Source: an uncultured archaeon (GTDB lineage Archaea; Asgardarchaeota; Heimdallarchaeia; Heimdallarchaeales; Kariarchaeaceae). From it: a stretch of DNA of 16,069 nt. The notes beneath the pieces are model-generated. The model had not been told where the DNA came from and searched no databases. It saw nothing but the letters and a program-made list of their open reading frames with translations. Positions 8,214 to 15,738 of this stretch are shown here, piece after piece (position 1 is the stretch's first letter; every line of letters begins with the position of its first letter). The DNA is taken from assembly GCA_964645535.1 (NCBI GenBank), contig CAZYCQ010000036.1:15901-31969 (forward strand), read 5' to 3'. Position numbers and translations under genes: made by a program.

Positions 8214-10247
8214 TTACACAAGCCGTTTGGATTTCCGAATCACCGTTTCATTGACCCTATCCTTGAAAAGTTCCACCATGGAGTAGGATGCACTGCGAAT
8301 GGCCGAAACCTCTTCTCCCTCCCTTTTGTAGCCGAACAGGATTTCCTCATCATCCCTGAAACAAGCATAAAGATCCTTTGCCTCGTAGTTGTATACGGTG
8401 ATGGTACCATATTCCTCCGCAGTTTCCAATTCCTTTTTCCTCTTTCCCGGTGGAATATATGTGACGATGGTTACTCGTGTGCTGGGAGAATTTCTCACCA
8501 AGCTGACGGCCAAGCCGAACAGTGTACTGTCAAATGTGGGTGTAATCAAGGTGACCCGCCTCCTTGCTCGGAGCAACAGGTCGGTCAAGGAGGCATAGAT
8601 GGCTGGAAGCCCAATGATGACTCCATTGTCCACTGGTACTTTGATCTTAATGGCTTCAGTTGCCCTAAGGATTTTTCTCAGATCCATGCTTCTGCCCTCT
8701 ACCATGGTCTTGGCGAATTCGATACGTTCCTTCAAAAGGGTGATGGCTTCTTCTTCCTCTTCTCTGAGCTTTGCCATATAGTTTGAAAGTGTGGACATTG
8801 CCTGTTCTTCAAACGCTTGCTTTTCCTCAATGGGCATTTCCTTTAGTGCCTCAACATTTTTCTCAATCAGTTTGATCGGACCACTGAACGCCCTGTTCAG
8901 GTCATCTTCGTAGGCATTGAAGGCATCGGCAACACTTTGCTTCATGGCCTCGGTGATGGTGGTCAATTGATCGGCCGCTTCCTTCGTCCGGGCAGATATT
9001 CTTTTGGTAAGATCTTTGAATTCAGCTTGTACTGTTTCTCTGATTGATGCCAATGACCTGTCATCATTGGTGTTGATCTCGTTGAAGATACCTCCCACCT
9101 TGTTGAGGGTTTCCTTAAACTCTTCTTTTGTTTTTAGGAGTCCATTCTGGCCTTCATTCTCAACTGTTTTGAGTACTTCCGCAACCCTGTCGAGCTTGGA
9201 CGGAAGGTCACTAATTAGAGGATCAACAGTGCTGATTGCATTTTGCATCGGTGTTTGATCAGGTTCCTTCACGATTTCGCTGAGCGCATCAAAGGCATCT
9301 CTAATCAATTTCTCCATTTTCCGTTGCTGTTCAGGGTCTTCCAATTGGGTTGTGATTCCTTTGACGAGAGTCTCACGTGTCACTAAAATGCCTTCACGGA
9401 GTTGTCTGATCTGTTTCATTTGGGTGTCCATGGCAATCTCTGTGGTTTTTTTAATCTCTGATGCTTGTGCAAGAATGGTCTTGATTTCCTTTGTAGCATT
9501 CCTGAGCTCCTGTAATGGATTGGTGATCGCAGCATTCAAGTGGTCGAACTTGTTTTCCGTTGCCTTGAAAAAATTGCTCAATTGAAAATGGGCATTTTTC
9601 AGTAGGTTGACCCGCTCGGTTTTCCGTTCTTTGATGTATTCTTCAAGTTTGCCCTGTTCCTCGGTAAGTCCAAGTGTCATCTTGGTACCCGAAAGCTTGA
9701 TGAGCTGTTCGAGTGGCACCGCCATCTTGGTAATTTCCTCTTGGAGAATTCCTCTGAAATCCTCAATTGCCTTGACATTGTTGGTGGCCACCAACTCTGC
9801 ATCTTCCTTGCTCGCTACTAGGTTATCCCGTAAAGGGGTGAGAATATTTGTGTAGTATGAATCAAGGATCTGGTTGATAAGCATCGGAAAGGTAATTTCT
9901 TCTATCTCCCTTCTTCTGTCTGCAAGAATCTCCCATTTCTCGTCGATTGATTCGATGAGTGAAGCAAGGCTGATGATGGCTTCTCTTTCCACCGTAAGGA
10001 TTTCTCGCAGAAAGGGAAAATTTGCGTAATACCGTTTGATTTTTTCTCCAACAACAGAGACGAGACCGAAATCGACCAGGTCTCTCAAGGATTCAAGAAC
10101 TTCAAGCAAACCTCTATTGCCCAAAGTTTCGGTTATCTCACCTGGCGTCATTACTCCCTTGCCGATCAACACCCCGTAGACTTCCTGATCGAGCTTGTTG
10201 AGACCAAAGCGGTCGAAGAATTCCGCGTAGATTTCTGTTTGGGACAT
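8214..10247 (-). CDS. TrmB-like winged-HTH protein with long central coiled coil and C-terminal PLD-like (TrmB effector-type) domain
   Basis: The N-terminus FGLNKLDQEVYGVLIGKGVMTPGEITETLG...VLESLRDLVDFGLV...YYA matches the TrmB wHTH pattern. About 450 aa of E/K/L-rich helical heptads follow. The C-terminus IIGLPAIYASLTDLLLRARRRVTLITP...RVTIVT...YACFRDDEEILFG...AIRS matches a PLD-like alpha/beta fold without an HKD motif. Confidence 0.75.
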   Translation of the reverse strand: MSQTEIYAEFFDRFGLNKLDQEVYGVLIGKGVMTPGEITETLGNRGLLEVLESLRDLVDFGLVSVVGEKIKRYYANFPFLREILTVEREAIISLASLIESIDEKWEILADRRREIEEITFPMLINQILDSYYTNILTPLRDNLVASKEDAELVATNNVKAIEDFRGILQEEITKMAVPLEQLIKLSGTKMTLGLTEEQGKLEEYIKERKTERVNLLKNAHFQLSNFFKATENKFDHLNAAITNPLQELRNATKEIKTILAQASEIKKTTEIAMDTQMKQIRQLREGILVTRETLVKGITTQLEDPEQQRKMEKLIRDAFDALSEIVKEPDQTPMQNAISTVDPLISDLPSKLDRVAEVLKTVENEGQNGLLKTKEEFKETLNKVGGIFNEINTNDDRSLASIRETVQAEFKDLTKRISARTKEAADQLTTITEAMKQSVADAFNAYEDDLNRAFSGPIKLIEKNVEALKEMPIEEKQAFEEQAMSTLSNYMAKLREEEEEAITLLKERIEFAKTMVEGRSMDLRKILRATEAIKIKVPVDNGVIIGLPAIYASLTDLLLRARRRVTLITPTFDSTLFGLAVSLVRNSPSTRVTIVTYIPPGKRKKELETAEEYGTITVYNYEAKDLYACFRDDEEILFGYKREGEEVSAIRSASYSMVELFKDRVNETVIRKSKRLV

Positions 10248-10365
10248 TTACAGGTCTATGTGATTTTCGTGCCATAAATGTTTAACACTCAAGATACCTG
10301 CATTTGATGAATTTGATTGGTGAAACCTTTCATTTCTTTCCTGCACTCTATCCTAGGGTCTTTAT

Positions 10366-12564
10366 TTGCAAATTCGAATGAAGATATTGCACGTGTCCGA
10401 ACAGAAAGAAACTGTAGACGAGATACTGGTGAATGCAATCAGTGATCTTCTCCAATACACACCCACCTCGAAAATGGGTGACGATCCAGAGGAAGTTAGG
10501 AGAAGAAAAATCGCAGCCATCAAGGTACTTTCGGACAATTGGAACAAGGAACTCATGATTGAATACATATGGGCAGCTATCCGTGATGAGACAGATATTG
10601 AAGTCAAGAAAAAACTGATTGACTTCATCATCACCAAACGAGAACTCAAGGCCTTTCCCCGTCTTTTCAGGTTCTGCCAGATCGGTGCAATTCCAAACCA
10701 ATTACAACGATCCATTGCCCAACGGTTCGTCACATATTACGACCATTTCAAGGATGAAGTGGATGAAGCAGAGGATCTGGATCATGCCATCAAAGTACTC
10801 GGCAAGACTTTGATGGAAAAAGATACCCAGTCCATACCTTTGGCAATTGGCATCCTCACCTCCTATGAGGCCAGATCAATCATCCCAAAGATTCTTCAGC
10901 TCAAGATCCGTCCGAAGGTATTGAAAGAAATTATTTGGGCAATTGCCCGAACGGAGACGGGAGTGATTACCTTATTCACCAAAGTCCCTGCTTCAGATCA
11001 TGTGGATAAAGTGCTAATGGAACTGGCTGAAACGCTTTTGCTCAATCATTCCAAGGCTCCACATAATCGTGTCACAATTGATCCCACCTTTTCCAGCAAC
11101 TGGTCGCAGTTCATCGATCTTCCCCCTCCTATACAGTATCTCATCTCCAAGGCACGGACTGTCCATTCCTCTGTACAAATTCGGATTCATGCCCTTAAGC
11201 TTCTTGTCGAATTGCAGGGGATGGTCTTGACACAGATGCGGGATTCTCTTGAGAACCTTTCCTCACATGATCTGCAGATCATAGATGACATCCATGAACA
11301 AGAGCTTTATTTCGAAGCCGTTCAACTTCCCGCCATTTCATCCATGGGACTCAAACGAATTTTTGCAGAGAAACGATTTAAAGGAATTCTTGGGAAATAT
11401 GATCTCTCTAAAGCATTTAATGGTGATCTTTCTCAGGCTGAAAGCATTGATCTTGAATTGCTTAGGCGATTGGAAGAACTGAATTTGCTCCGTGAAATCC
11501 CGTTTCTCGATTCCCGACAGGATCTTGTCCTCAAAGTGGATCCATTGGACAAAGAGACTTCAACCATTGTCCGTGACTACATGGACGATGAGGATTTTGA
11601 CGTGTTGAAATCCTTCCTTGATTCGATTGAATACAGTCTTCTGACCATCTTGGAACATCATCGATTACTCACATCCACTGTTGAACAGTTGATTGAAGGT
11701 TCTGATTTTGGAAAAGACGCCATTTTGGAGGCCTTTTATTCAGATAACCTGCCAGAATCCTTCACACAGGATCCGAAAAAACCCTTCATCCTTCAGCGAT
11801 ACCTGACTGCTGAGATCATTCGTCAAACCATGATTGATGTGGCTATGAACACATCAACGGAAGAACTCCGAGGAATTGCATTTGAAATGCTTCAAAAACC
11901 AGAATTTTGGTACAGCCCCACTACAAAGGAAAATAATATAGTGCGACCCGGGGGATTTGTAGCCTCTTTCCAAGTTCTCCTCAATTTCCTCTCCAAAGGT
12001 GCCCATCTCCTGAAAATCGAATCCAAAAGGCAAATAAGGGAAAAAATCTTTCTCTCGTTGATTGGATTCCTCGAGCTACTTAAAGAAATTGTTGAGGAAC
12101 TTCCCGCAGAAGGTGAATCCTATGAATTTCCCTTCTCTCAACCACTGTTCCGCCATTGGCTAGCAAAGGCAAGACCAAACATGGAGGAACTTCGATCCCA
12201 TTATTTGGGCAATGCTCTGTATTTCATCTACTATCATTTTCTTACAGGTAATTTTCCAAAGTTGGATACCTCTATGAAATATCCTGCCCTTGTCATTCCT
12301 CATCTCATTAATTTCTATTTTCTGGGACTCAATGGAGAGAACGGACGGGCATCCATGGATTACCTCCTCTCATCTTCGGCAATTGCAAGACAAAACTTTC
12401 TCCGACTTGTCGATGAACTTGCGGACAATCCCCAGGAACTGTTGCCACTGAACGTGAATGCAATCATTTCATTTCTTGATCGTTTGGTAACAGACAAGGA
12501 ACCCGCCATCAGAACCAAGGCACGGTTCCTGCTGAACAAGCTTACTGGTCATAAAGTACAATGA
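10366..12564 (+). CDS. Large alpha-helical protein, probable HEAT/ARM-like solenoid, function unknown
   Basis: 732-aa open frame, Leu/Ile/Glu-rich. HEAT-like segments: AIRDETDIEVKKKLIDFI, HSSVQIRIHALKLLVEL, MNTSTEELRGIAFEML, LVTDKEPAIRTKARFLLNKL. Start uncertain (TTG 10366, ATG 10378 or GTG 10393). Confidence 0.7.
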   Translation: MQIRMKILHVSEQKETVDEILVNAISDLLQYTPTSKMGDDPEEVRRRKIAAIKVLSDNWNKELMIEYIWAAIRDETDIEVKKKLIDFIITKRELKAFPRLFRFCQIGAIPNQLQRSIAQRFVTYYDHFKDEVDEAEDLDHAIKVLGKTLMEKDTQSIPLAIGILTSYEARSIIPKILQLKIRPKVLKEIIWAIARTETGVITLFTKVPASDHVDKVLMELAETLLLNHSKAPHNRVTIDPTFSSNWSQFIDLPPPIQYLISKARTVHSSVQIRIHALKLLVELQGMVLTQMRDSLENLSSHDLQIIDDIHEQELYFEAVQLPAISSMGLKRIFAEKRFKGILGKYDLSKAFNGDLSQAESIDLELLRRLEELNLLREIPFLDSRQDLVLKVDPLDKETSTIVRDYMDDEDFDVLKSFLDSIEYSLLTILEHHRLLTSTVEQLIEGSDFGKDAILEAFYSDNLPESFTQDPKKPFILQRYLTAEIIRQTMIDVAMNTSTEELRGIAFEMLQKPEFWYSPTTKENNIVRPGGFVASFQVLLNFLSKGAHLLKIESKRQIREKIFLSLIGFLELLKEIVEELPAEGESYEFPFSQPLFRHWLAKARPNMEELRSHYLGNALYFIYYHFLTGNFPKLDTSMKYPALVIPHLINFYFLGLNGENGRASMDYLLSSSAIARQNFLRLVDELADNPQELLPLNVNAIISFLDRLVTDKEPAIRTKARFLLNKLTGHKVQ

Positions 12565-13345
12565 AATCGACGTTCGGAAAATCCTGCTTTAACTTAGAGA
12601 AATCTTTCAGATGTGAATAAAGCACCATCACTGCAACAGGAACCCCTTCAAGCTGATTCACCAATCGGATCAGGGCTCGAATACTTACTCCCGAATTGAT
12701 GACATCGTCAACGATAAGCACCCTTTCTCCTTTTTTGATATATTTTTTTGGTAGAAATAGTCCTTGTAACCTTCCATCTGAGGGAGTGAACAAGTATTCA
12801 CCCCATTCTGCCCGTTCCAATATGTCATAGGTGGGTGTTCTTCTGCAATAGACCATGTCTACATTCTGTCCCATGCTTGCTGCCATTGCCGCTGCAAAGG
12901 GAATCCCATCGACCTCTAAGGTCACCACTTTTGTTATCCCCAATTCATCAAGCAAAACCTGTGTATCATCAACAGTTCTTAATGGACGGTAAAGTGCAAG
13001 ATCTGTGATGGTATACAGGGCTCGTGCATCACTCAACAGGTAAGAGACATCAATCTGTAGGTTCCCTTCAATCTCGATAATATGCGAATGCTTACTGATG
13101 ATCCTTTGGAAATGAAGTTCGTTGAAATAGTCTGACAGAAGCAGATTCCAAAGCTCCACTAATTTCTGCCCAGATGGATAGGTCTTCCCCGAAATATAAC
13201 GCGAAAGATCGGCACCTGTCAGTTTGGTTGCAATTTTGGCATTGATTTCCTCAAGTAGTCGTTTCTGAGTACCGAACCTCCGTTCAAGATATCTGAGCTT
13301 GCTGACAACGAACTGCTTTTTCCTGTTCATCTCTTCTGCATTCAC
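12542..13345 (-). CDS. HTH + type I phosphoribosyltransferase domain protein (archaeal APRT-like / PurR-like PRPP-binding regulator)
   Basis: N-terminal XRE-like HTH (LTGADLSRYISGKTYPS), KVVTLEVDGIPFAAAMA, and PRPP-binding motif ERVLIVDDVINSGVS. GTG start with TTTAA about 26-30 nt upstream. The 3' end overlaps the convergent gene by 23 bp. Confidence 0.85.
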   Translation of the reverse strand: MNAEEMNRKKQFVVSKLRYLERRFGTQKRLLEEINAKIATKLTGADLSRYISGKTYPSGQKLVELWNLLLSDYFNELHFQRIISKHSHIIEIEGNLQIDVSYLLSDARALYTITDLALYRPLRTVDDTQVLLDELGITKVVTLEVDGIPFAAAMAASMGQNVDMVYCRRTPTYDILERAEWGEYLFTPSDGRLQGLFLPKKYIKKGERVLIVDDVINSGVSIRALIRLVNQLEGVPVAVMVLYSHLKDFSKLKQDFPNVDFIVLYDQ

Positions 13346-13482
13346 TCATGAAAAAAACGCTCTCCTCCAATTAAACTCTCTCATTCTGAGCATACGTAAT
13401 GGAATAAATTTCCCGATCCCTCTGTCAATTTCCATATTGCAAGACTCCTAACATTTATCTACCACATAGTGGAATTTGTTTT
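13346..13482. promoter_or_regulatory. Divergent promoter region between the HTH-PRTase and Trx-V4R genes
   Basis: 137-bp intergenic region. Minus-strand TTTAA at 13371-13375 and plus-strand TTTAT at 13454-13458 each lie about 25-30 nt from the respective GTG start. Confidence 0.45.
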
Positions 13483-15018
13483 GTGGGCAACTCAACTAAC
13501 CCTCTTATTCGGTTAATCATGTTCACCAGCGATGACTGCATCTATTGTCCACCCATCGAATCCATCGTTCAGGAAGTCGTCGGTGGCACCATGAGCGATT
13601 TCATCTATGTCAATACTGTTGATGTGGACGAAAACCCTGATGCCGCTGAAAGATACAATATCACAAGCCTGCCCACACTCATGATCAATGAACAGATTGT
13701 TCTCCAAGGAGGAATGGATGACGATAGCGTGCGAGAAATCCTTTGGAATACCCTTCTGAGTCTTGCTGTTGCCAATAAGGAAAGACTTGAACGATCCAAG
13801 AAATCCCTCCTGCATATCGCTGTCAACTCTTGGGAATCATTGACTGGAGAACGCATGCTCCGCAAAACCCTTGGAGATTTCATCCATCTGGGACCTTATC
13901 AGTTGACCCTTCTGTCACTTTACAGTCTTGATCCGCTGGTTCCCTCCATTCTCTATCAGGCGGGCTATCAATTGGGACTTTACGGTCTCATGCACCACGT
14001 GCTCAGTGTCCTTGAACCAAGGCTGGGACTGACAATTCAACGCCAGAAAAGATTGAAATACATCACTGAAGCTCTCGAATATTACTATGCAGACAGGGAA
14101 TTTCTTCCAACCTATGTTGCCGAAAGTGCACGCATAGTGTCCTTGAAAGAAGACCAATTTACCATCGAAATCCGAGGATTGGCGTCTGCTGCCATGGGAA
14201 TCAATGTAGGAGAGCCCATGTGTGATTTCACTGCAGGCACCCTTGCAGGTGTAACTGACTCACTTATGGGTTCCCAATCAGTGGCTGTTGAAACAGCCTG
14301 TGCAGCAAACGGAAACCCGCATTGCGTGTTCACGGTCTACATCGACCATCCCAATCCCCAAGAAATCAGAAAGACGCCTGTTGTTGAAGATAAGCTGGCC
14401 ATTCGCGAAAGAAGACTGAATTTCTATGAAAGTATTCATGAGCTGAGCATCAATCTTGAAAACAGCTACTTCATGAGACGCAGACTTCGACCTACAATCG
14501 GTGATGTCGTTCATATCAGCGTCTTCCAGCCCATTGTTCTCTCCATCAAGATGATGGATGATTATCTCTCCTCAATTCTCTTCTCTGCTGGAAGAGAGCT
14601 TGGTATCTTCGGCTCAGGAAAAACACTTCTCTACGACATCATTCAGACGGATGAATCTGAGGAATTCAGCCAATTGCTCCCTCTTGAATTCAATGAAGGC
14701 GTTGATGTATTAAAGGAATTCATGACCCATCCCACCACTTACCTCGCAAAGGAATGGGGTCTTGTGAAAGTTTCTCCTGTTGATCCTGCCAATCCCAATG
14801 TTAGGTACATTTCGATCTCTGATTACGGTGCGGTTTCAGGTGTTCCCGATTTGGGAATCACTTTATGCGATTTCCTTGCAGGGTTCCTGACAGGACGTCT
14901 TTCGGTGATTATTGGAGCCGAACCTATGGTTCGGGAAATTGAATGCCAAGGTACAGGTGCCAGTTCCTGCAAGTTCGAAATTGTCAAGCCTGACAACCTC
15001 CCTGATTCGGATTCATGA
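13483..15018 (+). CDS. Thioredoxin-fold (CxxC) domain fused to two tandem V4R (4-vinyl reductase / HNOX-TRAPP Bet3-like fold) domains
   Basis: N-terminus IRLIMFTSDDCIYCPPI...VDVDENPDAAERYNITSLPTLMIN is thioredoxin-like, with the cis-Pro motif LPT. Two repeats 209 aa apart: RMLRKTLGDFIH...ILYQAGYQLG...EPMCDFTAGTLAG...VETACAANGNPHCVF and RRLRPTIGDVVH...ILFSAGRELG...TLCDFLAGFLTG...REIECQGTGASSCKF, each carrying the V4R C...ExxCxxxGxxxCxF signature. Confidence 0.88.
   Translation: MGNSTNPLIRLIMFTSDDCIYCPPIESIVQEVVGGTMSDFIYVNTVDVDENPDAAERYNITSLPTLMINEQIVLQGGMDDDSVREILWNTLLSLAVANKERLERSKKSLLHIAVNSWESLTGERMLRKTLGDFIHLGPYQLTLLSLYSLDPLVPSILYQAGYQLGLYGLMHHVLSVLEPRLGLTIQRQKRLKYITEALEYYYADREFLPTYVAESARIVSLKEDQFTIEIRGLASAAMGINVGEPMCDFTAGTLAGVTDSLMGSQSVAVETACAANGNPHCVFTVYIDHPNPQEIRKTPVVEDKLAIRERRLNFYESIHELSINLENSYFMRRRLRPTIGDVVHISVFQPIVLSIKMMDDYLSSILFSAGRELGIFGSGKTLLYDIIQTDESEEFSQLLPLEFNEGVDVLKEFMTHPTTYLAKEWGLVKVSPVDPANPNVRYISISDYGAVSGVPDLGITLCDFLAGFLTGRLSVIIGAEPMVREIECQGTGASSCKFEIVKPDNLPDSDS
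13852..14985 (+). repeat. Internal protein-level tandem duplication (two V4R units, starting at about 13852 and 14479)
   Basis: Aligned motifs RxLRxTxGDxxH, SILxxAGxxLGxxG, CDFxAGxLxG and ExxCxxxGxxxCxF each occur twice. Confidence 0.85.
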
Positions 15019-15173
15019 AAGTTCAATATTCTGAAGCTGTTGATGGAAATTTAACCACCTCGCTTGAGTAACATATAAGAACAAGAATGTCAATTAGGTA
15101 ATTATAGGTTCAACATACCTTCCGTAGGGGATTCCCGAAATAAGAACCCGAACAATTCCTAGGGGCTTAAATT

Positions 15174-15731
15174 ATGAGCAACAGAAGAAAAATTTTCAAA
15201 ATTGTCCTCCTCGGCGATGGAGCAGTAGGAAAGACCGCGCTTAGAACCAGATACCTCGGAGAAGGGTTCAAAAAAAGCTATTCAATGACTATAGGTGCCG
15301 ATTTTGCCGTCAAGAGAGTCAATCTCGATGGGCATGAAATCGTGGCACAGATCTGGGATCTTGCAGGACAGATCCGTTTCCAATCAGTGCGGGAAGTCTA
15401 TTACCAAGGGGCCACTGGTGCCCTCCTTGTCTTTGACATTACTAGGGGGGAGACATTCGAGAATATCCCCAACTGGATAACCGAACTTCTTGAAAACAAC
15501 AACAACAGAGTGGTTCCAATGGTTCTGATCGGAAACAAATCCGATCTGAGGGATGAAAACTCCATCACCACTGAAGCAGGTATTGAATACGCAAAGAATC
15601 TTTCCGGATGGAGCAATTTCGAAATCCCTTATGTGGAAACATCCGCCAAGGATGGCAGCAATGTCGAAGAGGCTTTCCATATCCTGCTACGGAACATCGA
15701 AAACTACTTGGCCAGTGAAAAAACGGGGTAA
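15174..15731 (+). CDS. Rab-like small GTPase (Ras superfamily)
   Basis: G1 GDGAVGKT, G2/RabF1 YSMTIGADF, G3 QIWDLAGQ, RabF3-like RFQSV, RabF4-like YYQGA, RabF5-like LVFDIT, G4 GNKSD, G5 ETSAK. 185 aa, with no C-terminal Cys prenylation motif. Confidence 0.96.
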   Translation: MSNRRKIFKIVLLGDGAVGKTALRTRYLGEGFKKSYSMTIGADFAVKRVNLDGHEIVAQIWDLAGQIRFQSVREVYYQGATGALLVFDITRGETFENIPNWITELLENNNNRVVPMVLIGNKSDLRDENSITTEAGIEYAKNLSGWSNFEIPYVETSAKDGSNVEEAFHILLRNIENYLASEKTG

Positions 15732-15738
15732 CTGAACA

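Noticed and set aside
8214-8660. Active phospholipase D/nuclease (defence-type) domain in the 677-aa protein
   Set aside because: No HxK(x4)D catalytic motif is visible; more consistent with a non-catalytic TrmB-type effector domain.
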